A stretch of 64,000 bases of DNA from NCBI GenBank assembly GCA_964016885.1, contig OZ024742.1, positions 261,392,001 to 261,456,000 on the forward strand, given 5' to 3'. Positions 1 to 12,779 of this stretch are shown here, one piece after another. How positions within the stretch are numbered: position 1 is the first letter of the stretch; each line of letters starts with the position of its first letter. The DNA is from Eledone cirrhosa. Its lineage: Eukaryota. Below the pieces are notes generated by a model. The model was given only the letters and a program-made list of their open reading frames with translations. It did no database searches and had not been told where the DNA came from. Made by a program: the position numbers and the translations under genes.

Positions 1-1285
1 GGCCCTAGGGCTACCTCTCTACTCACCACCATAGGCGCTGAGCTGGCCAGCCGCAGGTGTGAGCCCCGCGAGTTGGAGTGGCTTTTCCAGCCCGTCTCCC
101 TTGTCGTCCTCCGGGGAAACGCCTTCTTCATTCCGACCGCCGGGGCTGTGTGTGTGTGTGCGTGTGGAGGGGGGGGGCATCGCGTATCATTCCATATTTA
201 ATTATTGTCGGTATGTGTATGTTTATGTTTTGGATGTTGACGAAGACGTAATTGAGTTAACGAAGACGTTATTAAGTTGACGATGACGGTTTATAAAGTG
301 ACAAGGCTGGATTTTTAAATTACAGTTGCACTCCATCTAATAGTATATTGTAGATGGCTGAGTATTCCACAAGCACGAGTATCCTTAACATGTGTGTATG
401 TATATATTATATGTTACGTTTGCAAATGTTATCTATGATGGTAATTAAGTTGGAGACGAGTTTTTGATCGAAAAAGGAAAAGTAGGTTAGTGGAATAAAC
501 GTAAGAACAAAAGACTGCCAGGTAATGTTGTTGTGCTGGGAATTGTTGCAATTGTTTGACTACTGGGAGATTGGATTCTCATCGACTGACTGCTATTTTA
601 ACTGATCTTTAAATATACTGTGCTGTTGTCATATATATGTAAGCATGTGTATATATTGTTCTGTTGTCATATATATATATATATATATACGTATGTATGT
701 AAGTATGTTTACAGTGACAGATAAATTAATCGATATATACAGATACACTGGGTGATATATATAGATATGTGTGTGTACGTGTGTGTATTTGTATGCATAT
801 ATATATATATATGTATGTATGTATATGCATGTATATTTATATAAGTATATACACCTGAAGCATTGTCGAAATCCCAATAAGATAGGAATGACAGTGTAGC
901 ATGTCTCTGGGGAGAGAGAAACAGAAAGAGAGAGAAAGACAGGATTGCCACAAAAATACAAAAACTCAATCAAGCTAAATCCCAAACCCAACCAAACCCA
1001 ACAGAAACCATTACAACAACCATTGTTGTAATGGTTTCTGAATAGAATCTTTCATAAAGACGATTGAGATTAACTTCTTTCTACTACAAAGAGAAGGAAG
1101 GGGAGAACATTTAAAAAGACATAATTGTTGTAGAAGAGGTGTGTGGTGGTATAGGTCGAGTGTGGACAAGAAGAGTGTCAGACAATGAGAGAGAGAGGGA
1201 GAAATAAAGACTTACGCGGATGTGGAGAGAAAGAAACGGAGAGGGAGAATAAGAGAGAGAGACTTCCAAAGTGGGTGGAGGATAC

Positions 1286-1485
1286 TAATAATAATAATTG
1301 TTTCTACGTTTTGGTACAAGGCCAGTAATTAACCAGTGCATTACTGGTACTTTATTTTATCGACCCCGTAAGGATGAAAGGCAAAGTTAACCTCGGTGGG
1401 ATTTGAACTCAGAATGGCAAGGGCTGTAACTCTATGCGTCAAAGCATGGCGTATGACCCTCTACCGATACTGCCAATCCACCGCC
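1286..1485 (-). mobile_element. tRNA-derived SINE, full copy (main family of the window)
   Basis: A-box TGGCAGTATCGG, B-box GAGTTCAAATCC, core TTTGCCTTTCATCCTTACGGGGTCGATAAAATAAAGTACCAGT, tail GTAGAAACA(ATT)n. Flanked by the repeat ATACTAATAAT. Confidence 0.9.
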
Positions 1486-1489
1486 ATAC

Positions 1490-1738
1490 TAATAATTGTT
1501 TCTACTTTAGGCACAAGGCCAGCAAATATCCAGTGCATTACTGGTACTTTATTAATAATAATGGTTTCTGATTTAGACACAAGGCCAGCAATTTTTAGGA
1601 GAGAGGTAAATCGATTAAATCGATTCCAGTACGTGACTGGTACTTTATTTTATCGACCCCGTAAGGATGAAAGGTAAAGCTAACGTTGGCGGGATTTGAA
1701 CTCAGAAGTAAAGGGCCGAAACTCTATGCCGTGAAGCA
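1490..1738 (-). mobile_element. Two further SINE pieces in tandem with the previous copy
   Basis: Tail TTGTTTCTACTTTAGGCACAAGGCCAGC at about 1497, and a second older copy at about 1555-1738 with core and B-box. Confidence 0.8.
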
Positions 1739-1739
1739 G

Positions 1740-2237
1740 GGAAGTAAAACTAATGGCTAAAAAAAACATGAATAATTAACATCGAGATGGGAGCAGAAAT
1801 CTCTGCATAGCAAATATGTGGCCCGTAGCAAACAATCTGATGTTGACCAGCAAGCACACCTATCAGTGGCTAAGTAGCTAAAGGCAGAGAGTGAAGACTT
1901 CATCTTAGCTACTCACAATTAAAGCTTATTAACTTGGAACTATGAAGCCAATGTGATGAGAAATAGAAGAGATCCAAAATGCCGATTCTGCAATGATGAG
2001 ATTGAAACAGTGGACCATTTAATCTCTGGATGTAAAGTTTTAACACCAGTAGAGTAAAGATCAAGGCATGACAGAGTTGGTCAATATCTATACTGGTTAA
2101 TATGTCGGCATTATAAAATTAAAACAGCTGACAAGTTGTATGAATGTCACTTTGAGGTTGTAACTGAGGGAGAATATGTAACGATCCTTTTGGACTTTCC
2201 TGTGCATACAGACAGAACAATAAAAGCTAATAAACCT
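1740..2237 (+). mobile_element. R4/Dong-clade non-LTR retrotransposon fragment (zinc knuckle and start of the RLE domain), degenerate
   Basis: Translates as CRFCNDEIETVDHLISGCKVL..RHDRVGQYLYWLIC..LLDFPVHTDRTIKANKP, with stop codons. Confidence 0.85.
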
Positions 2238-3790
2238 GGTGTTGGTGTTGTGTGTGTGATGTCTGCATTTTCTGTTGTTGGTGAGTGTGTGATGTCTGAA
2301 GATTTTTGTGCCTTTTTGTTTGTTTTTTGGCTTTAGGTTTTGCCTCGTCTTCGCTACTGGAAGACGAGGTGTCTATGTCTGTAAGTGAGTCTGTGTGTTT
2401 GTATTTGTCTCAATATGTGTATTTTGGAAGGGGGAGCTTTCCTCGTTTTCCCTCTGGTTGGCCAAAGTTGGTGGTGGCGTTTCCGCTGGTGTTGCTGGTG
2501 GTAGTGTTGTCGGTGCTAGTGTTGGTGGTGGTGCAAGCCCAAGTGTCGGCAGCATAGGAGGCTTATGCCCCCTTGCATTTTTTCAGTTGCGGGCAGAAGG
2601 CCCGCAAGTGAGCTGTTTCCTCGCAGACGAAATAGCGCGGCCTTTTGCTCTCGTTCCGTTTTGGAGATGGATGTGGTCCGGGATTTTTCTCAGGTCATCA
2701 GGACTGATGTGGAGAAGTATCTCTAGGTCCATCTCACACCAGTCCTCCCTAGCTGTTCTCGTCACCTCAATCTGGACGGCATTTGTGCCCTCCTTCGGAG
2801 TCACCACATTTCTAGTCCTGTTGGAATTCCGGGAATAGAGGTTCTTACTGTTCTTTTTCCTATGTGAGAGGGGTACATAATGACCTTGCTGCTTTTGCAA
2901 GAGGTCACCGCGTGTTCCACAGCGAGGGCTTCTGACTTAAACAGCACCAAGATGTTGCTGTATTGTCTGCCCCTCGCCATGTACACGGTGTCATCCCTGA
3001 TGCACCTTAGCGCAGCTTCAATTTCGGTTTCTGGAATAATTGCCGCTCTTTTGTCTTCACTGAGATGCATCTGAAGTGCACCGTTATCCTCTCCACCAAT
3101 TCTATGGTTTCAGCCGGGACAGTTAAGTTGGGCCAGGTTTGCTCTTGTTTAATGAGCTTCCAGGACTAGGCCAACTTTTTCTTTTTCACTGAGGTCCATG
3201 GTGAAGCATGATCTTTTTTTAGCTGCTGCAGCAGCGAAAGAGTTCTTGTTGTTGTCCGTGTTGCTGTTACCGGTTTTGTTGCTGGTCACATTATTGTTGG
3301 TGATGTTGTTGTTATTGGTGGTGTTGTCATTGTTGTTGTTGGTGATGTTGTTGTTATTGGTGGTGTTGTCGTTGTTGTTGATGGTGTTATCGTTGTTGGT
3401 GGTGATGTTATCGTTGTTGTTGTCGCTGTTGCAGTTGGTATTGTTCTTGGTGTTGTCGTATTTGCTGTTATTGTTAGTGTTGTTGTCATTATTGCAGTTG
3501 TTGTTGGTGTTGTTATCACATGTTTTCTCGCCGTTCTTGTTGCTATTGTTGCAGTTTTATTTGGGGCGGACGTGTTGTCATTATTCTGGTTGCTGCTCTC
3601 ATGTATTTTGTTTTTGTTGTTGGCAATACTGTCTATTGTGATGTTAGTGTTTGTAATCGTTGTGGAAGGGGCGGTGTTATTCCGCTCGATATTTCAGTCG
3701 CTGTCATTTGACACCTGACTTAAAGGGAAGGGACGTACTCAGTCCATGTTTTACCCCCCAAAAGAAAATATTCAAAATAATATATAAAGT
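2238..3790 (-). mobile_element. 5' part/ORF1 of a Tx1-like LINE (degenerate; different subfamily from the 41-47 kb element)
   Basis: EIEAALRCIRDDTVYMARGRQYSNILVLF...IPDHIHLQNG...RPRYFVCEETAHLRAFCPQ aligns with ORF 41680-42381. It has the same Asn/Thr-rich N-terminus and Pro-rich tail. Confidence 0.75.
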
Positions 3791-3843
3791 TCAAATAAAA
3801 GAAGAAGAAGAAGAAGAAGAAGAAGAAGAAGAAGAAGAAGAAG

Positions 3844-4150
3844 ATCAAGGAAAGCTTGATTACCAGAGTGTGTGGACGATCTCAGAGCTTGGTGCTACTG
3901 GGGCGTTCAAGAAGGCAATGAAGATGTAAGGTCTGAACTATCTTCAGTTTGTACTAATTCGTATATCAGCAAGTCTTTGTGGGAACAACACCAATAACTT
4001 CCCGAGACATATCACTGAATGGTAACTGCATGACTGATTTTTATTTTTGTTCATGTTATTTTAATCGTGTATCTTTCTGTCCACGTAATAGCTGTCTGGT
4101 GAGATCGTGACTGTTACATAACAGTTACCATCGAAATACGTATAACAACG
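3844..4150 (+). mobile_element. Highly degenerate 3' end of an R4/Dong-like LINE
   Basis: LGATGAFKK resembles the VVGALG motif, followed by a GT-like remnant and a 3' UTR-like GGTGAGATCGTGACT. Confidence 0.35.
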
Positions 4151-4289
4151 ATTGTGCAACAAATAAATGAGGTAAATTCTAACCTACTGACTTCTACTTC
4201 ATTGTTATATCAATATTTCATTTCACAATATGTGTATGTGTGTTCATGTTGTGTGTATGTCTGTGTGTGTGTATATATATGTTTATGTG

Positions 4290-4403
<114 letters not shown>

Positions 4404-4964
4404 TGTGTGTAGGTGTGTGCATGCATGCGTGTTGTGTTTATGTGTATATGAATGTGCGCGTATGTGTGTATGTAGGCGTATGTTTATGTGTATTTATAGG
4501 TATGTGTGTATGCATGTGTGCATATATATGTAAATGTTTATATTCACACCAGAAATCTGATTACTCTCAAATAGGATTTAAATTTATAAATGCTAGCATT
4601 GCTTTTGAGTTCTCGAAGTGTATTACGTTACATTGTATCAACAGTCAAATGCGAATAAACACACACACAATGTCGCACACAAACACACACACAATGACGT
4701 ATACAAACACGCATACAGTGGCACACACAAACCAATACAATATTCCAATATTTCTAATATGCCAATTATTATCGATCTGGTAAAACTAACGGAAATAAAG
4801 AGGCTTAACTTGTTTGACTAAAGAAATATTCCTTGTAGATCGGCATCGGCATTTCTATAGACCTCAACTACCTTGAAGGTATATATATATATATATATAT
4901 ATTATTCAAAATATTAACAAATGAAGATATTCACATAATCAAAATATATGCTTTATTATATATA

Positions 4965-5920
4965 CAGGGTGAGGACGATATTTGTTCGCAATTTTCAACT
5001 GCTAATTTTATGCAAATTTTTTTTTTACTTCCGTTGTCACTCTTGTCTTCATATATTTCCATTATTTATTTTCAGAATAATTGATTATAAATAATTTTGA
5101 ACCTCCAAATTTGTGGAAGAGACACGGAGTTCTTCTTGGAATCTGCGCTGGGAGGACAAATAAGGAAATTTCAGACTTTCTCAGCGTCAGCAGGAGAATG
5201 GTGGAAAAGGTCAGAAAGGAATTGAAAGATTCAGGATTCGAATACGAAGCAACATCAGTGAGGAAAACACATGATCGACGATCTGACGCCTTCAGAACGC
5301 CCGAGTTCGTCGCTGAAGTTCAGGATATCATCAACAATGAACCTAGCAAGTCGATGTGTGCCATTGCAAGGGAGAAAGGCGTGGATGAAAAGCTCATTAG
5401 GCTGGTGGTACATGAAGACATTCGCTACGTTTCATACAAGATGAGGAAAGGACAATTTCTGTCAAAGGCGATGCAAGAAAAGCGACTGAAGCACGCAAAG
5501 AAGCTGATCAACAAGTTGAAACACCCACTGGAGCCAGACATGCTGTGGTTTTTCTCCGACGAAAAAAACTTCTGCCAAGACCAGAAGATCAACTCCCAGA
5601 ACAACAGGTGGCTCGCTGTCTCATCCAAAGACGTGCCCAGAGTCATGCAGACAAAGTTTCCAGCGACAACATTGGTCTTAGGTGTCGTCAACGGTCAAGG
5701 TGACGTCATGCCACCTCACTTCTTCCCTGAGGGCCTCAAGCTGAACACCGATGGCTACATCCGCGTTCTGAGCGAGGTAGTAAAGCCCTGGATCGACCAG
5801 GTAGCTTCAGGTAGGCCGTACGTGTGGCAGCAAGACTAAGCACCCTGCCATACCAGCCGAAAGACCCAAGCCTGGCTGTCAGAGAACTTCGTCGACCACA
5901 CTTCACCTGACATCTGACTC
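4965..5920 (+). mobile_element. Tc1/mariner (DD37D/maT-like) transposon, 3'-truncated; transposase pseudogene 5081-5917
   Basis: Begins TA|CAGGGTG (left TIR). ORF has an HTH region, WFFSDEKNF and YVWQQD*APCHTS (in-frame stop), and ends before the third Asp. No right TIR seen. Confidence 0.9.
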
Positions 5921-6804
5921 ATTATAGATTATAATTTTTGGTTTAGGTAATATATTCCTTAAGTATTTTGCTACAACTTTAAAAATAAATAAAAATTTAT
6001 CTTTAAAGCAAATTTAAATAATTATTAAACATGCATTTAAAATATATATTAAAATACATGCATATATCACCATCAATATATATAATATATTAGGATCATT
6101 TTTTAGCCGAATTATTTAATTTAAATAGGATATTCTCTTTATAAAATCATTTCTATTCTTTAATTATCATATAATTACAGGATTAAATTGCTGTTATATT
6201 TACTCTCAAAAGTTTTATTTCGTTAATTTATATTTACTTCTGTAATTACATATTATTATAGTTTCCTTTTAAAGATATTCTTATATTAATAAACTACATA
6301 ATTCATGTCAAATATAATTTAGTAAGCTATTCAAACAGAATAAAAATATTTACGAAGAATGTAAACAAAAGGAAGATAACTCATTCGCCATATGTGAACA
6401 TTTAACTACTCTGAAATCTAGTGATATTTCTAAACCATAAATCAACAATTGTCAAGTTAAATATTGAACTGTCCTAATCAAAACATAGGATACAGAAACT
6501 CTTAATGAAATTATTCTTATAGATAAAACATCAATAAATTATTACCCCAGTAAGGCAAAAGATTATATATATATTTTTTAAATTATTATTAATTGTCAAT
6601 ATTTTTTCGAAACTTGTACAATGCCTGGAATGTTTTACCGAATTTATGTTGGCAGCCTCTGAATAATTCATTTTTCTTGTTAATTAAATTGTCATAATTT
6701 GTAATTATCAATAGAGTCTCAAGATTGCAAAGATTGCAATTTAGCGAAATGGATGCGTTCCGATAGGAATTGGCATTCTTTAACCGAGTTAAAGAAATAT
6801 ATTA

Positions 6805-7365
6805 GTTGGAAGAAATATATTAGTTAAACGCTTGAAAAAGCAGGAAGAGAGTCTTAACGTTTCGGACACTAGACCTTCATCAGAAGATAGAGTTAGAAAT
6901 AGAAGCTAAATAGAAAATAAACAGTGGTGAGAGGAAGGAACGGGTAAAATGAGAAAAAAATGGGGAGAAAAAAACACGCGCGTATTCAGTCGGCCATCTT
7001 GGAGAGTGACTAGTGAATAGTAACTTCGGCGTAAAAGAGCTTTACGAAAGGAGATAACTAATATATGGGGTGTATTACAGAGTTAAGGCGGCTGTAGTGT
7101 GCAGAGTGTAAATAGATTAAGTAGAATCGAAGTCAGTGTTGCAGCATATGTACAAATTTTATTGGCATATTACAATTTTTTCGATATCGATCAGCTCAGT
7201 TTAGATGTATCTTTGCACATATAAATTCTATTTGAGGAGATGTGGAAAAATAGTCGGGCCCCGTCATCTTGATTGTACCCAAAGCTGATCGATATTTAAA
7301 CAATTGTAATATACCAATAAGGTTTGTACATACGCTGAAACACTGACTTCGATTCTACTTAATCT
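6805..7365 (-). mobile_element. Penelope-like element terminal (pLTR) remnant with an inverted repeat
   Basis: Contains a minimal HHR at 6852-6887 and an imperfect inverted repeat 7115-7198 / 7283-7364, ending at (TA)n. A related end fragment lies at about 17535-17570. Confidence 0.55.
6852..6887 (-). ncRNA. Minimal type I hammerhead ribozyme motif (PLE type)
   Basis: UCUU-CUGAUGA-aGGucuaguguCC-GAAAC-GUU^-AAGA. Stem III is the palindrome ACGU, as in dimer-forming minimal HHRs. Confidence 0.65.
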
Positions 7366-7404
7366 CTCTTTATATATATAAATATATATATATTATTATT
7401 ATTT

Positions 7405-7569
7405 GGTTTGGCAGTATCAGTAGAACGTCAGACACCATGCTTTGCAGCATAGAGTTATGGCCCTTTACGTTTTGAGTTCAAATCCCTTACGGGGTTGATA
7501 AAATAAGCACCAGTAATGCACTGAGGTAATTGCTGGCATTGTGCCAAAAGTAGAAGCATTATTATTATT
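7405..7569 (+). mobile_element. SINE copy with an internal deletion
   Basis: A-box and B-box present, deletion between AAATCCC and TTACGGGG, (ATT)n tail. Confidence 0.85.
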
Positions 7570-7570
7570 G

Positions 7571-8410
7571 GCAATGGGAGTCCTGCATACAGCTACTGCA
7601 TTCGTAGATGCACTCCTCCAGTGCAACTGATTTGTTCCTTTTTCGAGCACCCTTTTCCTCGGAGGCAAGTTTCAATTTCTCCTCTCCTTGCTCCTTCTTC
7701 TTGCGCAGTACTCATCTCCATCGTGGTCGATCATTAGCGCCCTCGTCCTATATCTGGGTGTTCAGGTCTATTGACTTCATATCCCTTCTGCAGACGTCTT
7801 TAAAGCGAAGATGAGGTTGTTATTGCGCTCTTGGACAGTAGGTCTTTTTTAATCCTTCCGTCCGGCATACGATGTACGTGACCGAGCCAGCGCAAACGAC
7901 GCTGCTTGAGCAGATTATAAATGCTGGTTATTTTGGTGTGGTTGAGGAGTTCAGTGTTGGTGACCTGGTCAGTCCACTTGATATCCAAAATGCGTCTCAG
8001 GTAACGAAGGTGGAAGACATTGAGACGCTGCTCTTGTCTGGAGTAGAGGCTCCATGTCTTGCTGCCGTAAATTAGTGTGCTGAAGACACACGCCTTGTAG
8101 ACAGCAATCTTGGTATTTGCACTTAGTTTTCTGTTCTCCCAGATTACCTTTGTCAGCCTGGCAAATGTGATGGCTGCTCGTCCAACTCTCCTTCTGATCT
8201 CGGGGTCCAGAGAAGGGTTGTCAGTGATGGTGGAGCCAAGATAGGTAAATTCATGGACGACCACAAGCTCATAGTTGTTGATGGTGATGGTGGGGGTACT
8301 TGAAACTTTGGTCTACTACATTGGTTTTCTTCAGACTAATGGTGAGGCTGAATTCCTTGCAGGCCCTCGAGAGTTTGTTCATGAGGTGCTGCATTTGCTC
8401 CTTCAATGGC
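7571..8410 (-). mobile_element. RTE-clade LINE, 3' ORF2 fragment
   Basis: VVHEFTYLGSTI...YKACVFSTLIYGSKTW...RRLRWLGHVHRMPDGRI. Confidence 0.9.
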
Positions 8411-9292
8411 CCTCTCTACAAATTAGATTGAATGCCTTCATATATACATATGTATATATATATATATATAATTCAAGTATAAAAGATAGATGTATATGTA
8501 TATATATATAGAGAGAGAAAGGACCATATATCCGTGATAAAACACAATATATTGTATATATACAAAGCACATATTTCAAAAAGAAATATGTGCTCTAGTT
8601 GGAATCTGTATATATACAATATATTGTGTTTTCTCACTGATATATGGTCCTTTCTCTCTATATATACATATAACTTTGATAGGTTTCTGCCAGTATTGGC
8701 CCAGGCCATGTCTAACTTAATAACACCACCTGGCAAAATGTCCTTTATACTTGAATTATTATGTCTCTGGGCATAGTCTATTGAGCTGGTTTATTGAGAA
8801 GCTCAAAAATCAAACATATTTGTTACGTTTTGATTCTTCACATTTGTATTTTACAGCTCTATAGCCTTTAAATTGTTGAGCTAATGGAACTAATATTCCT
8901 GCACCTCTTTCAAGCGGAATAAACGTCCACTTTTGTTGATATCTAAGGCCTTGGGTTGAACGTAGCCACACTATGCTGTTTTTAGTCTGGTGAGATTTTC
9001 GTTGGATCTTTCTCTTGATATGGACAGGTATATTGTATTATATACTATTTTTTGCATCTATATTATTTCCAAAAGATAATTGAGACCCTCCACTGGTGAG
9101 TGTTGACGGTCTCCCATGTCTTAATCATAATCGATAGTTTGTGATCGATAATCGATTACATAGATCGATTTTAAGTTGTGGTTTACACTAGTAGGTAGTT
9201 TCTTGTAAGAGAGAGGATATAGAGTTTTTATAGTATTCAGCATCCATAATGACGACAGTGCTTCCCTTATCTACTTCCTTAATTATAATGTC

Positions 9293-9392
<100 letters not shown>

Positions 9393-9399
9393 CATATTT

Positions 9400-9431
<32 letters not shown>

Positions 9432-9700
9432 GGGGGAGAGAGAGATAGAGAGAGAAAGAGAGAGAGATGAAATCGAAAATGCAACTGGATCTTTTTCTTT
9501 TTAAACCACAAACCCTCCATCTCAATTCTACTTTTGAAAAGTACAAGAACTGCGAAACCGGTAGAGGAACCAAATAAATATATTTTAAAAAAAAAAGACT
9601 CCAGTTGCATTATTAATTTCATCTTTTTTCCTTATACTTTCACTCGTGTAGTACACCTAGTTTTTTTCATTTAAAAAAAAAACCTCACTTTCTAATATAT

Positions 9701-9793
<93 letters not shown>

Positions 9794-9808
9794 GTTATAG
9801 GAATAACC

Positions 9809-9880
9809 AAATAAAGTACCAGTAATGCACTGGCCAGCAGTAATTGCTGGCCTTGTGCCAAAAAGTAGAAACAATTATTA
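9809..9880 (+). mobile_element. SINE 3' fragment
   Basis: AATAAAGTACCAGTAATGCACTGG...GGCCTTGTGCCAAAAAGTAGAAACAATTATT. Confidence 0.8.
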
Positions 9881-9889
9881 TATATAGCA

Positions 9890-10276
9890 CACTATTCAGT
9901 TTCTTAACATACTTAGAAGTGTCTAGGATACTAATTTGTCACCCACTGATGAGCAAGAATTGGTAATTCTATTCACAATTAATATTGCGAAACAGCACCA
10001 AGTTGTCTGGGTGATTGGTAGTTACCACAATTCCGGTTTGTATTTATTTTCTTGATTTTTTCTTAAATTGAGACAGGCAAACCCAATTGTCTATAGTTAG
10101 TATTCTTTTCACCTTAGCGAATCTGGTCCCTTACGATTTGAACACATATATGTATATATCTGTGTTCGTTTTTCTTTTCTATTCAATTATAATATACGGC
10201 TCGGAAATATCTCTTTCTTAGAGCTATTTTGTTGTAAGAGACTATTTTGAGTTCCTAACTCAATATATACCTTTGA
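9890..10276 (+). mobile_element. HHR-bearing PLE/retrozyme-like terminal repeat, homologous to 56978-57620
   Basis: 10021-10275 aligns with 57364-57620 and ends at (TA)n. Confidence 0.75.
9939..10014 (+). ncRNA. Type I hammerhead ribozyme
   Basis: Stem I UCACCCA/UGGGUGA, core CUGAUGA, stem II GCAA/UUGC, GAAA, stem III CAGC/GUUG, cleavage site GUC^. Confidence 0.85.
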
Positions 10277-10331
10277 TATATATATATAATTTGCAACAAT
10301 AGCCGCAACACACACACACATGCACATATAC

Positions 10332-10395
<64 letters not shown>

Positions 10396-10624
10396 GCGAG
10401 TGTGTGTGCGTGTGTGTGTGCGTGTGTGTGTGTGTGTATGTATATGTGCATGTGTGTGTGTGTGTTGCGGCTATTGTTGCAAATTACACCACCCTCAACA
10501 CTAATTGATTTGACAGGTGTCAATAACCCATTGATACCGAAAATTCTTTAGCCAGAGTCTGATAATTATCAGTCACTCATAAAACCCATTAGAATAATTA
10601 AAACCTTGAAATGTGTGGGCGTTC

Positions 10625-10723
<99 letters not shown>

Positions 10724-10881
10724 CACTTGAGTGTGAATATGAACCTTGTCTGTTATCCGTATTATTGTGTATATATCTAAAAATAGCTTCTTTAACGAAT
10801 CCCTGTTCTCTAAAATCCTTTGGTAAATGATCTCCACCCACCGCCAACCACCTGAAAACAGTCTGTCTTACAAGGACAGTC

Positions 10882-10933
10882 GGCTTTCCTGATTATTTCT
10901 TTTGAATGAAACAGTTCTAGTCCTGTAGAAGCC
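10882..10933 (+). ncRNA. Type I HHR motif with a mutated core (CUGAUUA)
   Basis: GGCUUUC-CUGAUUA-UUUCuuuuGAAU-GAAA-CAG..CUG-UA^-GAAGCC. An inverted copy lies at 11740-11790. Confidence 0.6.
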
Positions 10934-11682
10934 ATTTCTATATTAAGCTTGATCGAATTCCAAACTCGAATTCCATCGAATTCCAAACTCGTAAATAATA
11001 CATTCGTAAAAACAAAGCCAATCATGAACTAAATGTCTATACTAGAACTAAGACATCCTCCATAATCTCTACCGCAGACATCATCTATATCTCCCAACCC
11101 CTAACCCACTCTAAATATGTGTATGGGGAAGACGGACTTTTTCAAGCTGCAACCGTCAAATTAGACAGTTTCTGATAAACATTTTCAAATAACTATTATT
11201 AGCTGCAGAGACTACAACCACATTAAGTAATAAATCTTTCTCCACCATCTCCCGTATACCCTTGACCTTAGACCCTCAAAGTATCCCCTAAAATGACATG
11301 ATGCCGCGCAAAGGGAGGCCTATATCTCACAACATGGTACAAAAAAAAAATTAATAATCAAGAAAATATTAAGCTATTAAAGAAATGAGCTAAACGATGA
11401 AGAATACATGTAGTCTATTTACTATTCCATAACCAAATAAACAAAATAAGAATAAAGAAAGTACCCAATCTGTTGAGAAATAAGCGAAATAAATCCATGA
11501 TGAAAAATATAAATATATCGGAAAATAAGATAACAAAATGCGGCGTAGAAGATATAAATCTTAATGTCATTATTAATACAAAATAAACATAATATACACA
11601 TTCGAATAATATATGTATAGACAGGGTAGTAGAAAAACACTAAAGCATATATGTAGGTGCTTATTAATTTATTTATCAATTT

Positions 11683-11725
<43 letters not shown>

Positions 11726-11739
11726 TTAATATAGAAATA

Positions 11740-11891
<152 letters not shown>

Positions 11892-12779
11892 ATTTTCGTA
11901 AAATTGTAGTATTCTCAACGTGAATGCTAAATGTATAGTTAACATCGGGGTACAGTATAACCTCATATTGAACGGAGAGCGGAAGAAAAAGGAAGAGAGT
12001 CCAAAGCATGCAGTGAGAAATAAGAGGGGTATAGAGAGAGAGGGGGGGGGGAGAAGAGGAGGGGAGAAGATGAGAGGAGAAGAGAAAAGCAGGAATGAGA
12101 TCGATGGAGCAGAACTTTTGGAGAAATACGAAAAAGAATAAAAATAATGGAGAAATTAAACTAACATGGAAAATAAAAATTTAGCGTTATATGAATCATC
12201 AGCTTCCTTCTAGACCGACACAGTTTCTCAGGGGAGAAGAAGGGCTATATATATAAGTCTAGCCCGCGCAACAGAACCTAATTTTTTGTTGTTCTGACCC
12301 TGGAATAGGGAAACAAGAGAGCAGTTGTGTACATCTACACCAAGCCGTGGTCGACAGGAAAAGACGCTGTCTGTTATTCAGACAGCAGTAGGCGGCAAGA
12401 GAGCAGACGTATTGGCAGCAGCAGTGGTAATAACAAGGGAGAAGCGATAGCGGGAGAAACAAAAACAGATAGTTGGCGTGGTGCTTTCCTCGAGTTTCTC
12501 ACCTGTTATTTATAGTGATCGACTATTACAGCCATTCGTGTTGGGACGAGAGCATTTCAAATTTCAAACTTTTCCAATGTTTCTTAAGCCAACCAGTTTT
12601 TTTTTTGTTTTTTTTTTACATATATATATAATTCAATTACATATAAATATAATTCAAAGGCCTTGTCATACATCGTGTTACGCTAAATTTCCCTGAGAAC
12701 TACGTGTCTGTAGAGTTCTCGGTCACTTTTACTTTCATTTCACAAGCTGGCTGTTACGGTGCCCAAATTATGTAAAACA

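Noticed and set aside
1-145. GC-rich stretch at the window start
   Set aside because: Too short and truncated to assign. Possibly a retroelement 5' region.
1380-1485. tRNA genes at A/B-box sites
   Set aside because: The boxes belong to SINE heads, and no cloverleaf is evident.
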